Position numbers and translations under genes: made by a program. From the NCBI GenBank assembly GCA_019057795.1, contig JAHLWS010000065.1, forward strand, positions 1-64,000: a stretch of DNA of 64,000 nt. The letters are read 5' to 3'. Numbering within the stretch: position 1 is the stretch's first letter; every line of letters starts with the position of its first letter. Source of the stretch: Promethearchaeota archaeon. Lineage in GTDB: Archaea; Asgardarchaeota; Lokiarchaeia; Sigyniarchaeales; SOKP01. Under the pieces are notes generated by a model. The model was not told the origin of the DNA. It saw nothing but the letters and a program-made list of their open reading frames with translations, and did no database searches. Below are positions 49,161-58,665 of the stretch, piece after piece.

Positions 49161-49802
49161 CTATTCAATTAATTTCTTTACTAAGTTTACCGTTTCAATA
49201 GCATCGTCTGCCCAACCATCGGCTCCAATTTGCTCAGACCATTCATCTGTTGTAGGAGCACCGCCAACGATAACCTTATATTTCTCCCTCAATCCCCTCT
49301 TTTTCAATTCTTCTATAACTTGTCGTTGAAAATCCATAGACATCGTTAATAACGAAGACATTCCTATAATTTTGGCGCCAATTTCTTCTGCTTTATTAAT
49401 AAACTCGTCAGCAGTAACCTCTACTCCTAAATTATAGACATCAAACCCATTAGAAAAAAGAAAAGACGCTACTAAATCCTTCCCAATACTATGTACATCG
49501 CTTTCAACGGTTCCAATAACGATTTTTCCGAGCGTTTTCTTTTCACTACCAGAAGCTCTAATTGCCGGGTCTAATACATCGTCGATTACGGTTTTAACGA
49601 CTCCCGCAGCACCAATTAAGTCAGGTAGAAAAATTTCTTCATTTTCAAATTGAGAACCTATAAATTTCATAAGATTACCAATAATTTCCAAGAGTTCTTC
49701 CGCAGACGCTTCTTGGTTATCTAACACGGAATTACATAGATTTTTCAAACCATCCTCATCCCATTCTTCAACAAGTTCTTTCACTTGTTCTTCTAATGAC
49801 AT
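49161..49802 (-). CDS. Corrinoid (B12-binding) methyl-acceptor protein
   Basis: GTVESDVHSIGK, MSSLLT, VGGAP, IGADGW. Confidence 0.92.
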   Translation of the reverse strand: MSLEEQVKELVEEWDEDGLKNLCNSVLDNQEASAEELLEIIGNLMKFIGSQFENEEIFLPDLIGAAGVVKTVIDDVLDPAIRASGSEKKTLGKIVIGTVESDVHSIGKDLVASFLFSNGFDVYNLGVEVTADEFINKAEEIGAKIIGMSSLLTMSMDFQRQVIEELKKRGLREKYKVIVGGAPTTDEWSEQIGADGWADDAIETVNLVKKLIE

Positions 49803-49971
49803 TTTGATTCCTCTGAATAATAGAATTTAATATATAGTTTTTATTTATTACTAACCTTTATGAAAGAAAAAGTTTTTCAAAAAGTAGATAAATTAATGCT
49901 TTCTAGAACTAAAATATTGAAATAATATCTTGTTAAGAGAATTTAAATATCTTATCTGGTTTGAAATAACA

Positions 49972-50043
49972 ATGAGAATGAATCAAATTGAAGTTTTAAC
50001 GAAGGATGAAATTGAACAAGTAATTACTGGTTTAGAGGGATAA
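49972..50043 (+). repeat. Inverted copy of the first 45 nt of the MttB gene, forming a 23-aa mini-ORF
   Basis: 43/45 identity with 49130-49086; MRMNQIEVLTKDEIEQVITGLEG; stop lies 2 nt before the 50046 ATG. Confidence 0.85.
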
Positions 50044-50045
50044 AA

Positions 50046-51320
50046 ATGGCAGAAAAAAAACCACAGGATCAAATCAATAAAGAATTAAGAGAAAAGTGGG
50101 ATGAGCTAGAATTCGATTCACAACTAATTAGAGCTGGAGAAGACCCATACCCTAGCACTACTCATAGTTTACGCGTACCCTTATATGCTACTAAATCATA
50201 CGTATACTCCTCCTTAACAGAACTTTTAAAGCACCATTACTTTTATTCAAGAACAGAAAACCCTACATTGTTTGCTTTGGATAAGAAGCTCGCAACATTG
50301 CATGGGGGAGACGATGCTATATCCGTTGCTTCTGGGATGGCAGCAGTTCATCTTGCTTGTTCGAGCGTCCTCCAAAAACGGATTAAGAGAGTCAAACCGA
50401 AAAATTTATCCAAGTATTACCCTCAAAGTAAACCAGATCATATTCCAAACTTTATTATGCATAAAAACCAATACACTGGAACATATCGCCTTTTTACAAA
50501 TTTATATCCACAAATTGGATACAAACCGAAAATAATTGATATGCGGGATTTAAACGCTGTCAAAAAGGCTATTGACGAACAGACTAAGTTTGTATTTGTT
50601 GAGACACCTGCAAACCCCACAATTGACGTAATAAACATTCAGAAATGCGCTGAACTTATTCACGAAATAGGAGGAAAATGTATTGTGGATAACACATTCG
50701 CAAGTCCAGCTTTACAAAAACCAATAAAATTAGGCGCTGATTTAGTGATTGAGAGTTTAACTAAATATATTAATGGACACGGTGATTGCCTTGGTGGGGC
50801 AATAATTGGTCCCAAAAACGAGTTACAAAATATTCGGTATTTCTAGTTAGAGACTCAAGGAGCCGTTTTAAGTCCGTTTAGCGCATGGCTCATTTTGCGC
50901 GGATGTAGAACTCTTAGCTTGCGAATGAAAAGACATAGTTCAAGTGCAATGAAAATAGCAGAATTCTTGAGTAAACATCCAAAAGTGACAAATGTTGTTT
51001 ACCCGGGATTAGAATCAGATTTGGGACACGAAATCGCTAAAATGCAAATGACGGATTTTGGTGGCATGATTGGTTTCGAATTAGAGTCGATGGATGCTAG
51101 TTACAGGTTTATCGATTTATTAAAACTAATCAAAGTCGGAGTATCGTTAGGAGACACGACTTCTTTAATCGAATATACTGCTGTTATGACGGGAATTGAT
51201 CTAGCTTCGTGGGAAAAGCGAACTATGGGAATGTCTGATACTCACTTTAGATTTTCGGTTGGTTTAGAAGATCCTAAGGATTTAATTACGGATTTAGATC
51301 AGGCATTAAAAAATTCATAA
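50046..51320 (+). pseudogene. PLP-dependent trans-sulfuration enzyme (cystathionine/methionine gamma-lyase family) interrupted by an in-frame TAG at 50844-50846
   Basis: YSRTENPT, ASGMAA, ETPANP, DNTFASP, SLTKYINGHGD, then TAG, then LETQGAVLSPFSAWLILRG, VSLGD, RFSVGLED in the same frame. Confidence 0.85.
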
Positions 51321-51391
51321 GTGAATTAAGATTAGAATTTGAACCTAAAATAAAAAAAAGAGTGTTAAAAAATTTTATATAGTTAATACAT

Positions 51392-52774
51392 TTAAGTAAC
51401 TTTTTCTTTCTTCTGGTTATGAAGCTCCGTTATTTGTTGCTTAATCTCTTCAACTCTAGATTTTGAGAAGGGATAAAATTTTAAACAAATCAGGTTTAGA
51501 CCTAGTGCAATGGCGGGGAACAAAAATACTAATAATCTGAGCCCAAGAATTATATCTACATCAGGTGAAGGTTGGTAATCTCCCCAACCCGTCGCTGTGA
51601 ATATGAACCCCACAGTTACAATAGAAAGAACCATTGAAAGCCGCATGAAGAAATTTGTAATTCCAAAGAAGATTCCCTCGTGTCGTACACCGGTTTTTAA
51701 TTCATCCTCGTCAATAACATCTGCAATAATCAGGTAAATGAAATACAGCATGCCTCCAAATCCAAAACCCATTAAGGATACTACAATTAATGCTAGTTCA
51801 TATGTCTCTAGAAATAACAATGGGATTGAAGCAACAAAATAAGCGACAATTGAGATAAAATATCCTTTTTTGCTTCCAAGTTTAACATCTAACTTCTTCC
51901 AAATTAATACCGTGGCAATTCCTACGATAAACAACAACCCTAACATTATCGATGTGAGAAATGTACTTTCTTGATTTAGAACATGCAAACTATACAACGG
52001 TACGGTTGTTGCGAGCACAAGTAGGACATACTCATATAAGAAAAACATAAGTGTATAGAGTACAAAACCTTTGTTCTTTAAAGTATATTTTAATCCTCCA
52101 AAAAAGGAAAAGGCCTGCTTATAATCTTCTTTAAATTCTACACGTTCAACAGCACCCCATTTTAGAAAAATAAGCATTGTTATTCCTACGATTATTGATG
52201 TAACAATACCATTTGTTAAGTAACCAGACATCTTTGTCAAGTCTATAATTAAGAACCCTGGAACTAAGAAAGCTAATATCAACCCCACTGTAGATAAAAT
52301 TTGTCTAATAGTATTTACTTGGGCTCGGTCTTCTACAGACGTATACAATTCAGGAAATAATGAATCTGAAGGTAAGGCTAACATGGTATAGAAGGTATCA
52401 TAACATATAAGCATGATAAGAAGATAGAAAAATCCTAATATTTGATTACCAACAGGGGGCAACCATAAGATTATCTCAATTATGAGAACAGGTATTAATC
52501 CAATCATTATATATGGTTTTCGTCGACCCCAGCGAGTATGTGTACGATCTGAAAGGTAACCAATTAGGGGGTCATTTACTGCGTTCCAAATTGTCCATAA
52601 AACATATGCTAACATTATATACGGTATTTCCAAGCCAACAGCGACATAGTAAAAAGAAAAAACCCATGTATTAAATGCACTATTAATAAAAAATAGTCCA
52701 AACGAAATTGTCCCGAAACTCCACTTTTGTAGCGCCCCAAATTCTTGAGTACTTCTATTTTTATTTTGATTCAT
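51392..52774 (-). CDS. MFS transporter, GPH (MelB-like) family
   Basis: WNAVNDPLIGYLSDRTHTRWGRRKPY, IADVIDEDELKTGVRHEG. Confidence 0.9.
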   Translation of the reverse strand: MNQNKNRSTQEFGALQKWSFGTISFGLFFINSAFNTWVFSFYYVAVGLEIPYIMLAYVLWTIWNAVNDPLIGYLSDRTHTRWGRRKPYIMIGLIPVLIIEIILWLPPVGNQILGFFYLLIMLICYDTFYTMLALPSDSLFPELYTSVEDRAQVNTIRQILSTVGLILAFLVPGFLIIDLTKMSGYLTNGIVTSIIVGITMLIFLKWGAVERVEFKEDYKQAFSFFGGLKYTLKNKGFVLYTLMFFLYEYVLLVLATTVPLYSLHVLNQESTFLTSIMLGLLFIVGIATVLIWKKLDVKLGSKKGYFISIVAYFVASIPLLFLETYELALIVVSLMGFGFGGMLYFIYLIIADVIDEDELKTGVRHEGIFFGITNFFMRLSMVLSIVTVGFIFTATGWGDYQPSPDVDIILGLRLLVFLFPAIALGLNLICLKFYPFSKSRVEEIKQQITELHNQKKEKVT

Positions 52775-53005
52775 CTTTTTAATCCAAAAATTTAATTATT
52801 TAATTGTTTATTTTTGAAATTTATATAAGGTATTAGATTTTTTCACATATAAAAATAAGCAATTTTAGACTATTTCTAATTCAGATTATAAATATAAAGA
52901 AGTAGATTATGGTAAATTTAAAATTTATTATTATAATTATATGTTTAATATTGCTGTATATCTCTACAAACTAAGAAAAGTCAAGTAGAAAAGGGTTATC
53001 GTGCT

Positions 53006-53218
53006 TTACTCTCTAGAATATTTCTCTATAATATAATTTTGCAAAGACCAAGCATACTTTTCGAGATTTAGAATTAAAACTTTTTGTTGTATTTCTCTTA
53101 AGTACGATACATCAAAACTTTCAAATAATCCTTTAAGGTGATCTATTGCGTTAAAAACTTCTACGATAACCTTCCAATCGCTCGCCCATTCCTTATCTTG
53201 AATTTCTAATTGATTCAT
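53006..53218 (-). CDS. Small hypothetical protein
   Basis: Stand-alone 70-aa ORF with ATG start and helical, protein-like composition. Confidence 0.6.
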   Translation of the reverse strand: MNQLEIQDKEWASDWKVIVEVFNAIDHLKGLFESFDVSYLREIQQKVLILNLEKYAWSLQNYIIEKYSRE

Positions 53219-53396
53219 TTTATGAAATTGTAAATTTTAATGTTTTTTAATTGAATTATAACTTCTTTATGAATCCTATAGTTACACCCATTAAAAAATG
53301 TTTAGATATCTATGATTTAGTAATTTCAATATATCGCGAAATTTGAATACGATTTATCAATTTTAGAGAAGATTAATTTTGTAATTTTATTCTGGA

Positions 53397-54545
53397 TTAT
53401 AAATACAATTGAAAGTTTTTTTCCACGATTTCTTTTACGCCGCTGAATTCTGAAACGTTAATTAACCGATTTATATCTTGAAGATCGGTTAGCTCATCCT
53501 CATATTTTCTTTTAAATTCAATCGAAAAGTTTTGCATAAGGTCTTCTATTATACTATTTTTTTTATTAGTGATAACTACTAAAGCAAAACCATAGTCAAT
53601 TTCATACCTAACCACAATATCAGAGTTTTTTGTTTGGATAACATCAATTTTATTTTTTTTGCCAACAAACTCGCTTAGAATATGATTTAGACCTATAAGG
53701 ATATTCCCCCAGATGGGTGATTCATCTTTACTATCTAATTTTTTATCGAAATTAAAAGAATATAATAAGATACCTGATTTGTGATAAATGTTAATTGAGT
53801 AAATTCTATTTGGTAAAACGAAAAACATCTCTGGTTTTTTAATTAACATGATATTGACGGCAAAGTTTGTTATCCAAATAAGAGTTATGTATAACTCTCT
53901 ATAGACGGTCTGTTGTAATATTACGTAATAAATATTCATTAATATAGGAATCGTAAAAACAATGGTATTTAATATTAAAGGCAAACTTTCTTCCTTTTTT
54001 TTTGATCTGATATTAATTATTGAAGCAATATAAAGATAATAACTCGTAATTAAACTTTGAAATAATATAATTATTGCTCCAGTTATAAAGTTAAAGCGAA
54101 AATTAATTATAGCAGGATCTATAACTGAAAACGACGAAGGAGGGGGGATACTAAGAGTTAATTCGATTGAATCAGGAGCTATTAAAGCCCCAATCAACAT
54201 GCCAATAAGGAGCGTGTAGTATAAAAATGGAAAGGGTTTTATTTTTTTATATTCATTAAAAAATGAATATATGAATGAAGCTATCATTAATGAAATAACC
54301 CCGGCAATAATTGATAGTTTCCAAAATAAAATGTTGATTTCATAACTAATGAAAAAAGTAACTGAAAAGACGAATAATGTTGAATAAATAACACCCGCGG
54401 TAAGAACTGTTGCCGCAAGCAAAAATGCTATTAATTCCGTTCCATATTTCTTTCGATATCGGATGATGTGAATTATTGTTATAATACTTAAACATAATAT
54501 AATAATATAGCCAATGATGAGCGATATGGAAGTAGTATAATTCAT
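53397..54545 (-). CDS. About 7-TM membrane protein with C-terminal longin-like domain (paralog A)
   Basis: Seven hydrophobic segments, then INIYHKSGILLYSFNF...ILIGLNHILSE...GFALVVIT...FSIEFKRKY. Confidence 0.7.
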   Translation of the reverse strand: MNYTTSISLIIGYIIILCLSIITIIHIIRYRKKYGTELIAFLLAATVLTAGVIYSTLFVFSVTFFISYEINILFWKLSIIAGVISLMIASFIYSFFNEYKKIKPFPFLYYTLLIGMLIGALIAPDSIELTLSIPPPSSFSVIDPAIINFRFNFITGAIIILFQSLITSYYLYIASIINIRSKKKEESLPLILNTIVFTIPILMNIYYVILQQTVYRELYITLIWITNFAVNIMLIKKPEMFFVLPNRIYSINIYHKSGILLYSFNFDKKLDSKDESPIWGNILIGLNHILSEFVGKKNKIDVIQTKNSDIVVRYEIDYGFALVVITNKKNSIIEDLMQNFSIEFKRKYEDELTDLQDINRLINVSEFSGVKEIVEKNFQLYL

Positions 54546-54736
54546 AATTTATAATGGTTTAAAATTCAAACGAGAAAAACTATGAGATTTCTTGGAAATA
54601 TCAAAAAATATTCTTATAAATAGAGAAGAATTATTGATTTTTAAGAATTACTGAAGGTTTTTCTAAAAAAATGTGAGAAAATCTTTTAAAAATGTAAATT
54701 ACGATACAATTCTACGTAGAAATGTAGGTGCTTTAC

Positions 54737-55837
54737 TTATTTTCCAGTTAAATAATGGCTAAAATATTCTTCGATTAAATCGTTAGCATTTTTAAAAGTT
54801 GATACATCAATTAAGCCACCTAGCTTTTTTAAGTTATCTTTATTGATTTCGGCAAATTTCTTCGTAAAATTATCTACTGCGTTTTCGAGAATTTTATTTT
54901 TGTGTTTTGCGATTAGTAAAACTGCGTAACCTAATTGGTTGTTATAGTTAAAAACAATTGCTCGATCGCTCATCTTAATAAGGGTTATCTGATCTTCTAC
55001 ATTTGACAAATTAGCTAAAATGTGATTAATTCCAATTAGTATGCTCCCTTTTAGAAGCGTTTCATCAATTTCTGATTGTTTTTCGAAATTAAAAGAATAT
55101 AGTAAGATGCCAGACTTATGGAAAATAATAAAATCGTATATTTTATTAGTGAAAACTACAAATAAATCTGGTCTCTTAACTGCAAGAAAGATTACAAATC
55201 CCATAAAAATAATGTAAAACATTTGATGTAGAATTTTAAAAAATGAATTTAAAGTTAATATATAGAGTGTATACCATAAAATTTTTAAGCTTAAGAGAAA
55301 TACAAAAAAGAAATAGAAATTACCTAACTTTCTGTCGTTAAAATCCTTGTATCCTTTTATTTGTGTAATCCAGGAAATAACTACAATAAAAACATTGAAT
55401 GTAACAATCGAAATTAATAAGGGAAGGTTACTGAAAAAGTAGGAGAACTCAAATCCAGTCTGGGTAACTAAAAACGAAACGGGATTGAACAATAAGCTAA
55501 GGATAATCCCTCCTATTAAGATGGATATCATAACAGGTAAAAATCTAACTCGGCTAGATTTGTTTAATTCCGTACTATGAACAGCAGACCATATCCCATT
55601 TGATATTATTCTAGCAAAAATTGATATATTCCATAATATCAAGGCTGAATTTATATCAAAAAAGGTTTCGACTGATAGATTAAATAAAATGAAGTAAATA
55701 CTTTCACTGACGAAATATAACATAATTACAATAAAAAAATCTACTTCAGGCTTGTAATCTTCTCTGTGAAATAATATGTAAATTATACCAATAGAAAATA
55801 TCGTAAAGTAAACAGTAATAAATATACTTGCAATCAT
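54737..55837 (-). CDS. About 7-TM membrane protein with C-terminal longin-like domain (paralog B)
   Basis: Hydrophobic N-terminal half, then FIIFHKSGILLYSFNF...ILIGINHILAN...GYAVLLIA...FTKKFAE. Confidence 0.7.
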   Translation of the reverse strand: MIASIFITVYFTIFSIGIIYILFHREDYKPEVDFFIVIMLYFVSESIYFILFNLSVETFFDINSALILWNISIFARIISNGIWSAVHSTELNKSSRVRFLPVMISILIGGIILSLLFNPVSFLVTQTGFEFSYFFSNLPLLISIVTFNVFIVVISWITQIKGYKDFNDRKLGNFYFFFVFLLSLKILWYTLYILTLNSFFKILHQMFYIIFMGFVIFLAVKRPDLFVVFTNKIYDFIIFHKSGILLYSFNFEKQSEIDETLLKGSILIGINHILANLSNVEDQITLIKMSDRAIVFNYNNQLGYAVLLIAKHKNKILENAVDNFTKKFAEINKDNLKKLGGLIDVSTFKNANDLIEEYFSHYLTGK

Positions 55838-56066
55838 TAATTTTAACGGATTTCTTTATTATTTTTAATTTCTTCCTTTTTGTATCAAAGAAGATATTGA
55901 ATAATTTTATATAAATATTGGTTCAACAACCTATAAGAAGTTTTATGTGAATAGTGATCTCCATAATTTTAAAGAACTCTAATTAAATATAAAACTTTAT
56001 TCTGGTTAAATAGAAATTTAATTTGATAAAACATAATTTGATTTATAATACCTAAAACCGAACTTT

Positions 56067-57983
56067 ATGAGCGATTTTCAAAAATTCCTAATAGATAAGG
56101 GAATAATTTCAGACTTAATAACACGATATGGAATCGATTTAATAGATAAAGAAATAAACGATTTCATCAATAAAATGGTCGAAGATTTAACTAAGATTGA
56201 ATCGAAAGAAATTCATGATAATAAACAAGGGGATGATCACAGTTTTGATTTGGATATCCTAGCTAAATCTTACGAAAAGATTATTCCCCATTCCCAAAGA
56301 AAAACAATGGGTGAGTTTTTTACCCCCATTCAAATAGTTAATTACATACTAAAGAGAGTGGGGTATATAGAACAGCAAGATATTGAAAATAAAAAATTAA
56401 TAGATTTAAGTTGTGGTTCAGGGAGTTTTTTAATTAAAGCTGTAAAGGTTCTCTTAGAAAAATTAAGAAAGCAAATTAAATCGAAAGAGAACTCAGAGTT
56501 AACTCCTAAACAAGCTGAAGAAATTATCAACAAAATTAAAGTAAATATCTCTGGCATTGATATAAATCCAATGGCTTGTATATTATGCCAAATCAACTTT
56601 TATTATACACTTTTCGAACTCATAAAAATTATTTTAGAAACAAATAAAGATTACCAAATACCCGTATTTAATATTTTCAATAAAGATACTCTTCAATTTA
56701 ATTTTAATAATAAATACGACTATGTAGTTGGAAATCCCCCATATTTATTTATTCGAGCGATTCCACATGATTATAGAAAATTAATTGAAAAACTCCCATT
56801 GGAAACAAATAAGGGTCAATATGACTACTATCAACTGTTTATCGAAATAGGAATTCAAATATTAAAGCAAAATGGTTTACTTGGTTATATAATCCCTGAT
56901 TCTTTGCTCGTGTTATCAAATCGTAAAATACTTAGAAAATATATATACAACTCAACTAAGATAAAGGAGATTTATTATAGCGGCCCGCAATTCGATGAAC
57001 CAGTCGTTTCAAATATTATTCTTGTTTTAGAAAAAGAATCAGATGAAATAAAGAGGAAAAATAATCAAATCATATTAAAATTTCCATTAGAGCAATCTCA
57101 AGATGATAATACAATTCTTCAAAATGTAATTGAAAAATGGAATTATCGATTTCTAATTAATTTAAATGACCAGGATAGAGAAATTATCGAGTTTTTGAAC
57201 ATAAATTTTCCTGAATTAAATGATTTAAGTGTTAATCCAAATTTTAGAATAGATATATGGAGGGGCGTTGAATTAGGCAAAAATGGAAAGGTTATATTCT
57301 GTAATATTTGTAATAAATATTTTCCTCTTCCAAAAAATAATTATATATGCAAAGAATGTAAATCAGAATTAAGCAATGATTCTATAGAAAGTATAATAAT
57401 AAAAAGTATAAAAGGCGATTTAAAAAAAAATTATAAACCATTTCTCTATTCTATTAATCGATATCAAGTAAAGGAATTAAAATATATTAATACAACTAAA
57501 CAAGGCATTAATTACAAGGAGTTAAATCGCTACGAAAATCGCGTAATAGTAAGACAATTAGCACAAAATAGCTTAATATGTGCTACTTATGATAAGGATT
57601 CATTGACTTCGCAATCGCTTTACAATATAAAAATACTTAAATCACCTATTACAGAATTTAATAATTATTACCTTCTAGGGCTTTTAAATTCGCAATTATT
57701 AGCGTTTTACTTTATTAAATCATTTGGCTCTTATAAAAAACTATTCCCAAGGATTCTTATAGAGAATTTAAAAAGTATGCCTATAGTAGTTCCTGAAATC
57801 GACATTGAAAAGAAATTTTCAAGAGAAATTATAATACTCGTCAAAACCATCTTGAAATTAGATAAATTTGATACAGAACACTATACTAGTTTACAAAATA
57901 AAATTAATTCACTTGTTTTTGATCTCTATCGTATAACAAATGAGCAACGCAATTATATATCTGATGTTTTGAAGAATTTATGA
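56067..57983 (+). CDS. N6-adenine DNA methyltransferase (gamma class, TaqI/Eco57I-like) with zinc-ribbon insertion
   Basis: GEFFTP, DLSCGSGSF, GIDINP, VVGNPPY, CNIC-x-CKEC, YLLGLLNS. Confidence 0.88.
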   Translation: MSDFQKFLIDKGIISDLITRYGIDLIDKEINDFINKMVEDLTKIESKEIHDNKQGDDHSFDLDILAKSYEKIIPHSQRKTMGEFFTPIQIVNYILKRVGYIEQQDIENKKLIDLSCGSGSFLIKAVKVLLEKLRKQIKSKENSELTPKQAEEIINKIKVNISGIDINPMACILCQINFYYTLFELIKIILETNKDYQIPVFNIFNKDTLQFNFNNKYDYVVGNPPYLFIRAIPHDYRKLIEKLPLETNKGQYDYYQLFIEIGIQILKQNGLLGYIIPDSLLVLSNRKILRKYIYNSTKIKEIYYSGPQFDEPVVSNIILVLEKESDEIKRKNNQIILKFPLEQSQDDNTILQNVIEKWNYRFLINLNDQDREIIEFLNINFPELNDLSVNPNFRIDIWRGVELGKNGKVIFCNICNKYFPLPKNNYICKECKSELSNDSIESIIIKSIKGDLKKNYKPFLYSINRYQVKELKYINTTKQGINYKELNRYENRVIVRQLAQNSLICATYDKDSLTSQSLYNIKILKSPITEFNNYYLLGLLNSQLLAFYFIKSFGSYKKLFPRILIENLKSMPIVVPEIDIEKKFSREIIILVKTILKLDKFDTEHYTSLQNKINSLVFDLYRITNEQRNYISDVLKNL

Positions 57984-58043
57984 TCGTTCAAGCTTCTATA
58001 AAATTTGATAGATATTTGAAATGAGTAATTAAGAAAATTAATA

Positions 58044-58208
58044 TTAAACTAATTCTCTTTTTGCTACATAATTTTTTAGAATTCTGTCCCATTTTTCGGC
58101 TAATTCTGTTAGTCCGGTTTTTTTAAAGAGATCAACAGCTCTAAATAACATTTTTTCAATTTGCTTTTCTTCAATCAAGTCGTTTTTCAAATGTATATTG
58201 TCTATCAT
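58044..58208 (-). CDS. Small helical protein, paralog 1 (54 aa from the ATG at 58208)
   Basis: Similar to the adjacent 50-aa ORF: IEKMLFRAVDLFKKTGLTELAEKWDRILKNY. Confidence 0.65.
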   Translation of the reverse strand: MIDNIHLKNDLIEEKQIEKMLFRAVDLFKKTGLTELAEKWDRILKNYVAKRELV

Positions 58209-58337
58209 AAAATATAGAAGAAACATTTCGAATAAAAAGAAGAATAATATTGTGATATAACTATAAAAATATTGTTTTTGGAATAAAACGAGAGAACTTC
58301 CTTAAGAATCGACAAAAAGTAATTCTGAACCGTTTAA

Positions 58338-58490
58338 TTATTTTCGTAATGTTTTTGCTTTGTCGTAGTTCTTTAGAACTTGTTCTCCTTTTTTTGCTAG
58401 GTTAGTAAGATCTGTTTGTTTGCAGAGGGAAACTATGCGACCTAGAATTTTTGCTATGTTTTCCTCGTGCTTTAAAAAATTTTCTTCCAT
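58338..58490 (-). CDS. Small helical protein, paralog 2 (50 aa, not in the ORF track)
   Basis: MEENFLKHEENIAKILGRIVSLCKQTDLTNLAKKGEQVLKNYDKAKTLRK. Confidence 0.65.
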   Translation of the reverse strand: MEENFLKHEENIAKILGRIVSLCKQTDLTNLAKKGEQVLKNYDKAKTLRK

Positions 58491-58665
58491 TCTACAGAAA
58501 TCAATACAAATTTAGAAATAAATAGGTTTATGTTATGGAGATAATCAGAGTTTAAAAATTACTTGAGTTTTAATTTCAATTGCGGGTAAATATCGTTTTA
58601 CAATTTTCTAATAGCTATATTTATATCTTTTAAAACTAATATATTTTTAAGAAAACCCAACAAAG

